Under the pieces are notes generated by a model. It was given only the letters and a program-made list of their open reading frames with translations, did no database searches and was not told the DNA's origin. Below are positions 1 to 13,184 of a stretch of 64,000 nt of DNA, one piece after another. Where the stretch lies: positions 15,556 to 79,555 of the forward strand of contig NW_021833254.1 of the NCBI RefSeq assembly GCF_006345805.1. The letters are read 5' to 3'. The DNA comes from Octopus sinensis (lineage: Eukaryota). The position numbers and the translations under genes are program-made. Numbering within the stretch: position 1 is the first letter of the stretch; each line of letters starts with the position of its first letter.

Positions 1-170
1 CCTCCATCTTCCCTTCTTTGGATCTTTCATTTTCCTATGTTTCTGACGAAGAGCTCCACTCTAAACGTTAAACCCTCCTTCTTTCCTGAGCATATAATAA
101 TACTATACATGTTCCACGTCCTCGCGTTGTGTTTTCGCTTTGTGTTTTCATGTTTGGATTAACTATATAT
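1..170 (+). mobile_element. Penelope-like terminal-repeat fragment with degenerate minimal hammerhead (39-73), ending in (TA)n
   Basis: gttt-CTGACGA-A-GAG ctcca CTC-TAAA-CGT-T-aaac: hammerhead core, stem II and stem I are present, GAAA is mutated to TAAA, and stem III is the palindrome AACGTT. Confidence 0.55.
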
Positions 171-657
171 ATATAATATATACCTATTCTTTCAACTCCA
201 AAACCACACTTTGCTTTCTCTTCTGGTTCTCTCCCTTTCTGTACACATACATAAATACATACATACGTACGTACATACATGCATATGCATGTATTTATGT
301 ATGCCTATAATACATATGCATGTAGACACAAACATATATATATATATATATAATATATATATCAAGGGTAAGCCTTCCATCATATTCTAGACGAGAGGTA
401 GTCAATGTGTGAAAAGTTTTGAATCCCATCGAAAATAGGAAACAATTTCTGTCATCTGTCCAATCACAGCGAAACCAGGAACACCGGAAACCGATTGTCG
501 AAACTTGTGAAGTTCCGGTACTTGGACGGGTATTCTACTTGGTCTTCGAAGCACAGAAATGTCTGCTGCGCTTTAAGCTCGAAGGCTTCACCTATATACA
601 AATATATACATACATACATACATACATACATACATACACACACACACATTCACACAC

Positions 658-689
<32 letters not shown>

Positions 690-754
690 GTATATATTAT
701 TAGTGAATTGAAGAAATGGAGTTGAACGAATTGAACAGAAATCGTTTTATTGCA

Positions 755-833
755 TTCTACACTTGTTTCGAAAGCCACAATTTACCAATTCCGATTGAAT
801 AAGGAGACCATATTGTGTCTTTCTCTTCAGGAA
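755..833 (-). ncRNA. Type I hammerhead ribozyme motif (Penelope-like)
   Basis: Minus strand reads ttc-CTGAAGA-GAAAGaCACAAT-(loop)-ATTGTGgCTTTC-GAAA-CAAGTG-TA-gaa. The core is intact, stem II has 11 bp, stem III is short, the cleavage triplet is GUA, and stem I has only 3 bp. Confidence 0.6.
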
Positions 834-924
834 GAAATAGGAAATCCGTTGGCAAAAACAAAAACAGAACAGAGGCGCAGCAAAACAAATCGAACGAGGC
901 TCCTAAGAGCCCATGGCCAAACTC

Positions 925-926
925 TA

Positions 927-984
<58 letters not shown>

Positions 985-1395
985 ATATACACATATATAT
1001 TATATATCTATAGAGGTATACACACATACGTAGAGTTATAAAGGTATGTATATGCATACATACATACATATACATATATTTATATGCATGTATGCATGTA
1101 TGTATGTAAGTATGCATGTATGTATGTATGCATGTATGTATCTTCCTATCTATAGTACATGTGCGTGTGAGCTTGCATATATAAATGCATATTCTATGTC
1201 GCTCTGCTACGCTTGACTTTCTATTGTTTTGTTTCATCTCTCCACAATTATCGCCATCACTACCACCACGAACCAGGCCGCCAAAATAGTCATCCTCACC
1301 AACTACCAACCACCACCACCACCACCACCACCACCACCCCCAAGAACAACAACACCACTTGCACCACCACTATCTTCCTCCTCCTCCTCCCGTAC
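925..1395. repeat. Compound microsatellites (TA)n/(TATG)n/(ACC)n/(CCT)n
   Basis: Directly visible simple repeats. Similar tracts lie at about 160-360, 595-700, 1680-1900 and 2360-2450. Confidence 0.95.
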
Positions 1396-1833
1396 TATAG
1401 AATTTTTAATGTGTAAAACATCAACATATTTTTCGAAGCCAAAATTCCCTTGTAGCTTTATTAATGCAAACATTTTGTAAAACACGAAAGTATATTAATT
1501 TACTTTTTATTTGTTTTAATTATAATTTCCTGTTCTCATAAATATTTCTTCATTAATTACACCGCTAATTATACGGCAATTTATTTCTATTTTTGCTTCT
1601 TCCGTTAATAGTGAGAGAAATAGCAAATATGCAAATTACACACCCACATAAACACGCACACACTGACACACACACTCACGTATGTGTGTGTGTGCATATA
1701 TACAAATGTATATATATATATATATATTATATATATATACATTATATATATATACATATATATATATATATACATATATATATATGTAAGTATAATATGT
1801 ATGTGTAATATATATATATATATTATATATATA

Positions 1834-1887
<54 letters not shown>

Positions 1888-1902
1888 TGTTATGTATATG
1901 CG

Positions 1903-2065
1903 CAGGCGTAGTTATACACGCAGATGTGACTGTGTGGTAGTAAGTTTGCTTCCTAACCACATGGTTCCGGGTTCAGTCTCACTACATGGCATGTTGGGCA
2001 AACATCTCTACTATAGCGCCGGACCGACCAAAGCCTTGTGAATGAACTTGGAAGATGTCGTGTGT
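1903..2065 (+). mobile_element. tRNA-derived SINE family S2 (5' part)
   Basis: A box TGTGGTAG and B box GGTTCAGTC, then ttgggcaa...ccgaccaaagccttgtga. The same sequence occurs at 14692, 58137 and 59812 (reverse). Confidence 0.8.
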
Positions 2066-2358
2066 ATACAAGTTCTTGACCCACCACCAGACAGTAGATA
2101 AACTGTTTTTACTTCCAGTTTTAATAACCTTTTTTACAGATATTTTTTAAGGAGAGATTCTTGGAAACCGGTAATATCTTCTTTATATAATTTTTTATAT
2201 AATGTCTTTAAAATAATTTTTATGAAATTTCTTCTTAGAATGAAATGCCTTAGACTTAATTCTGTGCTTTTTTCACGTCCATCTTTTGTATATAAAAACT
2301 TGATTTGGATTTGTATAGATCTCTAATCTGTTTTCAACTGTATTTCAGCTATAATATA

Positions 2359-2406
<48 letters not shown>

Positions 2407-2419
2407 CATATATATATAT

Positions 2420-2453
<34 letters not shown>

Positions 2454-2954
2454 CTTTGTTTCGTCAGCAACAAACCTAGAATCGTGGAGTGATTTTATGG
2501 ATTTCCCTTTTGAAGTAATAATGTGATTTCGATCTTCTCCCGTATAGCTTTGCTAAATTGACATTTAACTTACATTCAGCGCACTCAAATCGTTGTCAAT
2601 AAAATTTAATGGACGGAAGCTACGATTAAGTCTATCGGATGGTTAGACTCTCCTACGGATCATGTTAACGGCACATCTATTTGTCGTATACTCAGACGAA
2701 AATACTCCAAGATAGGCTATGCCTGTAATTTGAAACTTAAACATTGTCATACAACGCCCTATTGAGTCTGCAGGAGAAACTAAATCAATGGTACATTGTC
2801 TATGGTATATCGACCACTTACAAAGCAAATTTCAAATAGTTAGTAGTTCAGTTGATTGGACACTTGTAACGGTCATCGACGCAAACGGTGAAGTTTCCTT
2901 TATATTTGCAAATCGTCGTCAAATAATGTGAAAATGGGTTAGAAGACCAGCAAT

Positions 2955-3095
2955 TATAGGAGTGGGTTAATCCGATTACCAACCACAGGGCTCAACTGGT
3001 ACGTACTGATTTTATCGATCCTGAAGGATGAAAGGCAAAGTCGAACTCGGCGGATCTGAACACAGAATGTAAAGACGAACGAAATGTCGCTAAAC
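2955..3095 (-). mobile_element. SINE family S1, partial degenerate copy
   Basis: aactggtac...tttatcgatcctgaaggatgaaaggcaaagtcga matches the S1 core found at 8105, 48018, 56113 and 63414. Confidence 0.75.
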
Positions 3096-3594
3096 TTTAC
3101 TAATTTAATACAAATTTCTTTAGATTCATCATTGGTCATAGATATATCTTTGAAAATATACTGTTTCTGGCATTGTTCCTTTTTGTATTCAATGGGTACA
3201 ATGCTAGGAAGTAAATATGTATTTATTGTTCCCGCTGTAACAGAGCTGTACTAATGCTACAGTAAAGGACTAAGATCCTGGACGAGGGATCAAGTACGTG
3301 AATGATCCAAAGGGCTATACTGAAGGTGAGAATATGTTCGCGAAACAACGGAGGGTAGAGAAGGGTCAAACTCGTCAGGCAATTTGAATGAGTGATAGAA
3401 GGGTATATGACGTACTATAAGACATGGCGATATCGAATAAGGTGACTTATAAAATTTTTTATGGCTCTGAGATCTGATTTCAAGATTTCAGATCAAATTG
3501 AGGTCATATTTGAGGTCAAATTGAGGTCAAATACTGGGTTTGATCTCTGCTTCTTTTCTTCCTACTCCTCCTTTAACAGGAGGGTCACCTCCTT

Positions 3595-3850
3595 TCCTCC
3601 TCCTCCTCACTTTTCTTTTTCCTTCTTTTTTTCTGTTTTTTCTACTTTTTTCTCTATCTTCTTCTTCTTCTTCCTCTCCTTCTTCTTCTTCTTCTTCTTC
3701 TTCTTCTTCTCCTCCTCTTCGTCCTTCTCCTTCATCTTCTTCTGATTCTCCTCTTCCTCCTCCTCCTCCTCCTCCTCCTCCTCCTCCTCCTTCTTCTTCT
3801 TCTTCTTCTTCCTCTTTCTCTTTTCTCTCACTCCCTCTCATTCTCTTCCC
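3595..3850. repeat. (CTT)n/(CCT)n polypyrimidine microsatellite
   Basis: Visible repeat. It accounts for the poly-E/K/S/P ORFs at 3461-4105. Confidence 0.95.
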
Positions 3851-5123
3851 GTTCTCTGAGCCAATTTCATAGCGACTGAAAAGCGATCGTGAGTTACTAC
3901 TAACAAAAACTTTTTTCTCCACAAGACTGTGAGAAGTCTTGCCAGAGATTAAGAAACCTGTTCGCACGGGAAAGCAATATGGCTGCTTGGGGATTCCAGT
4001 TGTCTGTGGACCGTTGCAAGTTCGACAGGGAACGAAAGATGACAAGAACATTATTATAATACAGTAGTTAATATTATAGAAAATTACGAATGTTTTCTGT
4101 TGCAATATAAATCTAGACCGGCGAGATTAATATTTCGGCCATTTTATTGTAAACCTCACAAGTGAATACCAGGAATATATTTGGGATACAATTCAATTAA
4201 CTAAATGTTCATCTCATAAACAGACTTTAAAATTTTCAAACCAACGATAAAGCGTTTTACGTAGTTTAGAGTCATGCAGAAATGGCGACGAAATGTCGAT
4301 AAAATCATAAGTTACAGACTTGAATAGAAGATGAACATATTTGATAAAACTACTCTAGGGTAAAGTATGGGTAAAAACAAAGCAATTGTGATGGTCAGGG
4401 TTGGATGGCTTTTGATCCCGGGTTTATGTGATAAGGGCCGACTTGGTCTTAAGCAAAAATAACAAATTCAACAACTGCAAGCGCAATAAATTTTAACTTA
4501 TGTCTATTCAAAGGGGAGATCGATAAAACAAACATGAAAGTTCTTTGACTATCAGCCGTGTTTTACAATTCGAATAAATGGAACATCAGATCTTCTAGAA
4601 GGAGGGGTGGGTTATTGGTGGCAGCGAAAGTGAAGAGAGAACGTGAACAGGTTTGGAAAAGTTATATCGGCCCATGATCTAGAATATCACGGTGACGACA
4701 TCCCACCATCTACGCATGCCCGCCCATAGCCCAGCCCCTTCAAAACATCTTCTCCTACATCAAACATCTCTCTACCTTACGCATGGAAATATCTTTCGCC
4801 ATCAAAAATTAACGGATCAATACAAACATTATGTATAAGTTCCTCATTGCCCAATACTTTTGCTCAATTCAAGATTTACGTGATCATGCATTTTTATCGA
4901 CACCCCTGCGGCACTTACTCCGCCCCGATCTATCAATACATCACCTCCAACCTTTACTTTTCCACCCACCACCTTGTTTGAGATGTTTTGTATCTGTATC
5001 AGCAGGTCGCTGTTCAAAGCCAAAACGGCTTTCACTTCAATTTATAGCATTTCAAACGCTGTTTATTAACTGACAACCGAACGGCACGTAGTTTTTCTTG
5101 TTCTTTTCATTGTAGATTTTCGT

Positions 5124-5124
<1 letters not shown>

Positions 5125-5172
<48 letters not shown>

Positions 5173-5179
5173 ACATCAA

Positions 5180-5223
<44 letters not shown>

Positions 5224-5252
5224 CATCATCATTATTATTATTATTATTACTA

Positions 5253-5295
<43 letters not shown>

Positions 5296-6223
5296 GTATT
5301 TTTGCATCCAAGATGGCTTCTTCTGTTTTTACGTTTAGTTTGTCTTTATCTTTTATTCCTTGGAAGTTCATTTTATTCTTTCTTGGGATTTACCGTTTCT
5401 TTTATCTAAAGTTCGTGCAGACGCCAGTGTGTTTGGAACTTGTGTGAAAGTACATAATCCTTGTAGCCGAGGAGTGAAAGACGGAAAGAAAGAAAGAAAG
5501 AAAGAAAAGAGAGCAACAAAGATGGCAAAAGAAAGGAAGAGAGAGTAATACTTATATACGTATATACATAGATATGTGTGTGGGTGTACATATATATGAT
5601 ATAATATAATATATATAAATATATGTATACATGTGTGTGTATATATATCTGTATACATGTGCATATATATATATATGTGTATGTATATATATATAAATAT
5701 ATATATATATATCTATATATATATACATATATAAATATACATTTGATATATAACATATATGCATATGTATATGTATGCATGTATCTATATATATATATAT
5801 ATATATATATGTATACGTGTTTATTTATATATATATGCAGGTATGTATAAAGGCGAAAGAAATGGAAAGACAAGGAAGAAAACAGGAGATAAAAAGAAAG
5901 AAATGATGTAAAAGAGAGAGAGACGGTGGTGGGAGGTGACCATACCTACAGAAAGGAACGACCAGGTTCAAACTTCAGTGGAAACTTTTCAGGCAAACAT
6001 GACAAAGTAAACTGGGATCTGACAAGAAGTAATTAAGACAAAAGTAAACACATACGGAACAACAATAGCAACAACAAGAGCACAAGCAACAATAACAACA
6101 ACAACAACAACAACAGCAACAACACCAATGAAAGTTTCAGTGCCTCCAGAGTGATTTTTAAGTAAGAATAGTTATAATGATGGTGGACATGATAGTCTTG
6201 ATGATAATAAGAATAACAAAGCA

Positions 6224-6257
<34 letters not shown>

Positions 6258-6777
6258 ATGATGATGATTAAGATGATGTGGATGATGATGATGATGGCGA
6301 TGACGATGATGATGATGATTAAGATGATGATGATAATTGATGATGGTGATGATGATGATGATGATGATAGTTATGACGATGATGATGACGATGATGATGA
6401 TGATGATTAAGATGATGTGGATGATGATGATGGTGGCGATGACGATGATTATGTCGATGTTAACGATGACAATGATGATGATGATGAGGATGATATTTCT
6501 AAGCAGACCTTAGATTTTAGTGGGAAAATGGAAACACAGTAAGTGCAGTTCTGTGTAAGAAAGAATATGAAGAATAAGAAAAAAGAAAAAAAAAAGGAAA
6601 AGAAAAGGGGGAAAAACATTCTATTTTACAAATCTTTATAGTTTGCAGATCCGTATTCAAAAGTATTTGAGCTTATTTGAATATTATGAATGCAAGTTTT
6701 ATGTTGTTGTTCAAAATATCTGCAGCCATGGATATATTTCTGCACAATCTTCTATTTTACATCAGGCAGTTCTTTAC

Positions 6778-6810
<33 letters not shown>

Positions 6811-6853
6811 TGTATGTATGTATGTATGTATGTATGTATATATATATATACGC

Positions 6854-6925
<72 letters not shown>

Positions 6926-7020
6926 GCATATATATACACATATACATGTATGCATATATGTATATTTATATATTTATGTAAACATGTATATATATATAAT
7001 GTGTGTGTATGTATATATAT

Positions 7021-7056
<36 letters not shown>

Positions 7057-7228
7057 CACATGTTCATGCATATGCATTTATATGAGTGCTTATATTTGTA
7101 TGAAGTACTCAGATATTCTTGCTTGTAATCCTGCAAATATGTTATGTGTGTGTGTGTGTGTGTGTGTGTGCTGTGTGCGCGTATACATATAGATATAAAG
7201 AGACAGATAGATAGAAACAGAGATATGC

Positions 7229-7281
<53 letters not shown>

Positions 7282-7292
7282 CTGTGTGCGTG

Positions 7293-7324
<32 letters not shown>

Positions 7325-7380
7325 ATATATATATATATAATATATATATATATAATATATATATATATATACACGCATAC
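5125..7380. repeat. Microsatellite-dense block: (CAT)n, (ATT)n, (TA)n, (AAC)n, (GAT)n, (TATG)n, (TG)n
   Basis: Visible simple repeats separated by short unique spacers. Confidence 0.9.
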
Positions 7381-7801
7381 ATAGTAAGCAATGCGCACAC
7401 ATACATTCAAATAAAGAGAATGTTTAACATATTGAAGATATCTTTGTTTTTTTTTTTTTACTTATTGACAGAATCTCGCGCATCCAAAATTCCTTGAAAT
7501 ACTCAAAATGAAAATAAAAGAAGCTCTGGACTCTGTTCGGAAGTCTCTGCTTCGCAACGCTGATGAATGGATCTGACAGTTTTATGTGAAGATTAAGATC
7601 GCAATTTGCATATTTTGAGAGCTCCCTGAAGAAATCTTAATCTAATCATTGAACTACATACTCCAAGTCCATTCGTCAATATCCTTTTATTTTATAGGTA
7701 CGACTGTCACGGCTTCGTTCCTGAGTCACACACTCAGACCAACTCTTGCAATACAAGCCGCACCAAAAGTCACGCACCAAAACCCTTTTTTCCCCATTCT
7801 T

Positions 7802-8075
<274 letters not shown>

Positions 8076-8104
8076 GTTATGCGGAAAGAACTGTAAAATT
8101 TTAT

Positions 8105-8323
8105 GGCGGGGGGAGCTGGCAGAATAGTTAGCACGCCGGGCAGAATGCTTAGAAGTATACCTTCCGTCATTACGGTCTGAGTTCAAATTTCGCCGAGGTC
8201 GACTGTGCCTTTCATCCTTTCGAGGTCAATAAACTAAGTACCAGTAAAACACTGGGGTCGATGTAATCGACTAATCTCGTCCCCCAAATATTCAGGCCTT
8301 TTGTAGAAAGGATTATTATTATT
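8105..8323 (+). mobile_element. tRNA-derived SINE family S1, near complete, tail ending in (ATT)n
   Basis: ggcg..gagctggcagaatagttagc head, B box gagttcaaat, core cctttcatcctttcgaggtc..taagtaccag and tail gtagaaaggattattatt. From memory the core resembles the Meta domain of MetaSINEs (unverified). Confidence 0.85.
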
Positions 8324-9569
8324 CATCATGCTGAAGAATGTCTGGATTAATTACTATTTTATTTCATTCAATTTTAGAAAAAATAATGGGTCTCTTCGAA
8401 AATAGTGGAGTGTACTGGACTTATTTTGTGCGTGACTTTTGGCCCACTCTATATATTCGAGCAGAACTATAACTTTCTGCAACAGGTACAAGGTCTAAAA
8501 TTGTGGGTGAGGATGAAGGCTATTACAATGACCCGAATGTTCAACTGGTACTTATTTCATCAACCGCGAACAAAATACAAGATGAAATCAAACTCGGTGC
8601 CATTTGAACACTGAATGTGAAAGCGATATATATTAGGTTAAGCATTTTGTCCCAAGTGCTCGCTATTCCGCCAGCTCGCCGGCTTCTTCTCGGAGAGTTA
8701 TATTTCATTTTCTATCTATTTGGTACTCAAAAAAATTCTTGCGCTTTTGTTTTCAATTAGGGCCTCTATCGCCATATGAGTGGAAAGAAGAAAGTTTTAT
8801 TTATGAGGTGGAGAAAGGCATAATGAGAAGTATTTACATTTTTGACTTTGAGAAAAACATATTTGTTTTAGAAATGTTCTCTAAGCCAATGAGATTCTCT
8901 AAATGCATTAAAACGCTATAATATATTCAGAATTCAGAACACTTCTTTAGAATATTCTCTCCCTTGTTGGGGGTGGTGGGGTGGTGGCATAGAAAAGACA
9001 AATTTAGCTGGGGTAAAATGAGTAAGACAAAACAGGTAAATTTGCCTCTTCAGTTCTCCAGAATTACATTTGAAAAAATCTCATATATATCAACGTCTCT
9101 CCTTAGACATTCGAAAGATCAGAAATACAATAAAAAATTTTAAAATATATAATGTCAAGTGAAAGAGGTGCCTGGAAAAATGACACATATGAAATTGAGG
9201 AAAGTCGACTAAATGAAAAAACTCAGTATAGAATATTCTCTATAATTCCATGATATGATGGAGTTTCCTTTCATTATATATTTAGTCGCTATGATGTTAA
9301 AGAAAAGAAATTGAAATTAATCATTTCTCATTTTCCCCTAATTTAGTTATTATTTTTTGAAAGTTGAAAATTATCAAATTAGTGTGGGAAAAAATTGACT
9401 TGGAATCCAGCAGAAGAAAGATTATTAATTGTTAAGGACTAAAAATTATCCAGATATTTCATTGGGAAATATTTCATTTACTATCGGGTCAACGCTGAAT
9501 GGAAAATTTCTTGAAAATAATCACGTATCGCCGGATTATGTTTCAAACTCTCTCAACAACAACAACAAC

Positions 9570-9602
<33 letters not shown>

Positions 9603-9959
9603 GCAACAACAACAACAACAACAACAACAACTGTGTTAATCAACTTTAAGTGCCAAAGATGATACAACAATGCAAATTAATGATGTAATACGATATAATG
9701 ATTTCGAAAAGGTTAGGAAAGAACAAAAAATCAGAAATTACTTATTTTGTCCCCACCAACTCCATATTTAATATCCTTTATATATTAGCTTCTAAAATAG
9801 ATTCATTATATTTCTGTCTGTTGATCACTCTGTGGTCATATGACTAGAAAGGAGAGAAATTTATTTACTCTAAAACGAGAGAGAAAAGTTGTGGGGAAAG
9901 AATTGAGTTACAAAACAGTTTAATTTAAATAACTGCGGAAATAATGGAACCTAAAATAA

Positions 9960-11957
9960 CTGACCCAAACAAAGCCCGTGGATAAATCATATACAGGAAA
10001 AAATCCCCCAGAATATAAGAGAAATGATCTGTCAATCCTTAATGAACCCAGTAGACAATCAACACTACTAAGCAATCAAAAGAGAAAAAATACTACGTCA
10101 ATACAAAATTACAGAACAAGTATATCTGAGGTAAAAGAGCAGCTAAAGCAAGATATCCTCGCCAAAGCATAAAGAATCCATCTGTATGGGAAACTCCAAC
10201 GTTGCTTTAAACAAAACAAAGACTTCAACTCCAAACTCAAACGATTCTACCAAGAACTTGGCAAAAATCAAACGGAGATCCATGTAGCACTAACAGTGGA
10301 AGAATTGGAAGAATTTTGGAAAGAAATATGGTGGGCGAAAGAAGAACCTCAGAAATAATCTATCAAAAGAACAAACACAGCACCTGAACAACTCTGGACA
10401 CTTATAACAATTGAAGAGGTCACCCAATCACTGCAAAAGCTAAGCAACTGGAAGGCACCAGGGCACGACAAGATCCCCAACTTCTGATTAAAATGTCTAA
10501 CTGGAACATATAAAAAGCAGAGACAGAGACAATGCCTGAATGGCTTTCGGAAGAGAAAACTATCCTATTTTCAAACACAATGGCAAACCCACAAAAGTAC
10601 AGACCGATAACTTGTCTCTATACCATTTACAAAGCCTTTATTGCAATAATATCGCAGAAAATGGGCAAACATCTGCAGAAAACAACCTGTTTCCAGATGA
10701 GCAGAAGGGTTGCTGCAAGTGCTCATATGGATGTAAATATCAGCTATTGAAGATAGCCATAGGGAAAAGAAGGGCCTAAGTATAGCTTGGATCGATTGTC
10801 GGAAGACTTTTGACAGAATTCCCGCACATGGATCCTTGATACACTAGCCATGAACAAAGTAGCACCCATAATCATAAAAGATATAAAATATTCCATGAAT
10901 ATGTGGCAAACTGTGCTAGAGCTCCAGACAAAAGGGGGAATCATAAAAACCAAACCCATCTCAACAAGGAGAGGAATATTCCCGGAAGAAACGCTCTCTC
11001 CACTTATTATTTGCTTGGCACTGATACCTTAATCTGAAATGTTAAACAGAACTGGATGTAGAGACAACTTTTACGGCAAAACAATCAAACATGGTTTAAA
11101 ACTATGTTTCACATGATTTAAAAGACTCCGCCGGTTACGACGACGAGGGTCCCAGCTGATACGATCAACGGAACAGCTTGCTCGTAAAATTAACGTGCAA
11201 ATGACTGAGCATTCCACAAACACGTGTACCCTTAACGTAGTTCTCGGGGATAATCAGCGTGACACAGAGAGTGACAAGGCCGACCCTTTGAAATACAAGT
11301 ACAACTCATTTTTGCCAGCTGAGTGGACTGGAGCAACGTGAAATAAAGTGTCTTGCTCAAGGACACAACGCGTCGCCGGGAATCGAACTCACAACCTTAC
11401 GATCATGAGCCGAATGCCCTAACCACTAAGCCACGCGCCCTCACTGTTTCACATGATAAACAGTAGGACAATTACTACAGAGAGTATATGGATTTACCAA
11501 AAAAATAAACATGAAATTTGCCTTAGAAAAAATGTGTCATGGTTTCAAGCAATCTTGAAAAGAGGAAAACTAGTTAAGTGTAACGACATCACACTAAATA
11601 AACCAGATGAGATAAGAGAATTGAACCAAAGTCAGACATACAGCTACTTAGGAATCAATGAACTAGACACGATGTAACACTCACAAATGAAATAAAAGCT
11701 AAGAAATCTATACTATAGACGAGTAAGATTAATACTGAAAACAGAACTCAATGCGAAAAACAAGATACATAACAAAAACACCATGATCTACGAGTATATA
11801 TAACGTACAGAAAATAGCACTACTAGGCACTCCACACTTCCTATGCAAATAAATTTCAATAAAGGGAAAATAAGAGCACCACAACAAACTACATCATATA
11901 CCCAAGGCACACAAAGCTGCACTCAGACGTGCAGTGAAAGCATGTTATAAAAATTAG
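9960..11957 (+). mobile_element. Decayed R4/Dong-like RLE LINE, family A (RT region plus 3' end, with internal deletion)
   Basis: Fragments LSNWKAPGHDKIPNF, KYRPITCL, FPDEQKGC, RRGIF..TLSPL and YLGINELD. It jumps near 11775 to the C-terminus, and its 3' UTR (catatacccaaggcacac) is shared with the 27584 copy. Many stops and frameshifts. Confidence 0.85.
11118..11444 (-). mobile_element. tRNA-derived SINE family S3 inserted in the LINE, with 13 bp TSD
   Basis: TGTTTCACATGAT occurs at 11105-11117 and 11445-11457. The minus strand has a tRNA-like head (gtggcttagtggttagg...gagttcgattcc). Homologs at 18675, 47823 and 50581. Confidence 0.9.
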
Positions 11958-12715
11958 ACTATTGTATAAAGAAAATAATGTTAAGCGTCTCCGCTGTGCC
12001 GCATCTGTAGCAGAGTGGACGAAACCATTGCTCATATGAGGAACGAATGACCTAGCCTTGCCCAAAACCACTGTAAGTTGTGGGGACACGATGAGGTAGC
12101 GGAAGTGTTAAAATGGAAGCTGTGCAAATATTGGGAGCTAGAGAGAGAGAGAGAGAGAGAGAGGGGGAGAGAGAGATGGAGAGAGAGATGGAGAGAGAGA
12201 GAGAGAGAGAGATAAGCAGGATGTGGTATTAGCACAAACCACATAGCGTAGCAGAGTTGGAGACTTGCAAAATTCTCTGGGATTTCCCAATCCAAACAGA
12301 TCAGGTGCTAGAGCATAACAGACCAGACCCAGTGGTGGTGGACAATGTGCACCACATGTACTATATAGTTGACGTTGTATACCCCTTTGACCCACGAATA
12401 ATCAAGAAGGAAGGCGAAAAGATAGATATATATAATTACGAAATAGCCCGGCCATTGAAAATAAAGGTGAAGATAGGGCCAATCATTGTTGGGTCCTAGG
12501 GAACAGTATCAGAAGGCATTAAGAGGAATATAAACGAAATTGGAATAGAGTGCCCAGTAGAACTGTTACAAAAGGTTTGCCTCTTTCGGACGGTCAGAAT
12601 AACCAGGGAAGTATTGAATAGCTGAAAAGAATGGATAGCATGGTATCGTAGGCTGCAGGTAGCAAGCCCGCTACGCATGTAAGATTCCAGGAGCTCCAGC
12701 GAACAATACTTAACT
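11958..12715 (+). mobile_element. RLE LINE family C, 3' fragment (zinc knuckle plus endonuclease)
   Basis: CRIC..ETIAH, HD.VA..WKLC, CKILWDFPIQTDQVLEHNRPD and IIVGS. Contains an internal (GA)n expansion at 12140-12210. Its 3' UTR matches 25750-25895 and 27336-27480. Confidence 0.8.
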
Positions 12716-13015
12716 TTACAGTCCAAAATAAGGAAAATATCATTATGAGAGGTATAGAAAAAATGTCGAAGTACCAGGGCGTAGCCTTTGAGATACAGTC
12801 TACGGAAAGTGCGGCTAAAATATATCCCCGTAACTGTAGGTGCGTTAGGAACTAACCGTAAATATTTCAACATATGGATCGAGGAAGTAGGCATAAAACC
12901 CAGTTTAGTGCAACACCAGAAAACAGTATTCTTAAGGGCAGATAGGATACGTAGAAAGGTTCTTGGCATCTGAGGTTAGACCGATGTCAAGAAATTTTTC
13001 CAACAATCGTAAAAA
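12716..13015 (+). mobile_element. RLE LINE family D, 3' fragment followed by (AAC)n(AAT)n
   Basis: EKMSKYQG..FEI, IPVTVGALGT..KTVFLRADRIRRKVLGI*, the typical C-terminus of an RLE ORF. Confidence 0.75.
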
Positions 13016-13045
13016 TAAAACAACAGCAACAACAACAACAACAAC

Positions 13046-13098
<53 letters not shown>

Positions 13099-13139
13099 AA
13101 CAATAATAGAAGTACTACCACTACCACCACTACCAATAT

Positions 13140-13184
<45 letters not shown>

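Noticed and set aside
365-593. MITE between TA runs (AAGCCTTC ... GAAGGCTT)
   Set aside because: Only 8 bp of perfect, subterminal inverted match, and no second copy in the window.
2570-2830. Minus-strand exon after tttctcctgcag
   Set aside because: All frames hit stops before the next good donor, and the peptide is not recognisable.
3270-3332. Plus-strand exon DPGRGIKYVNDPKGYTE|gtgaga
   Set aside because: No polypyrimidine tract at the acceptor, and an in-frame stop immediately upstream.
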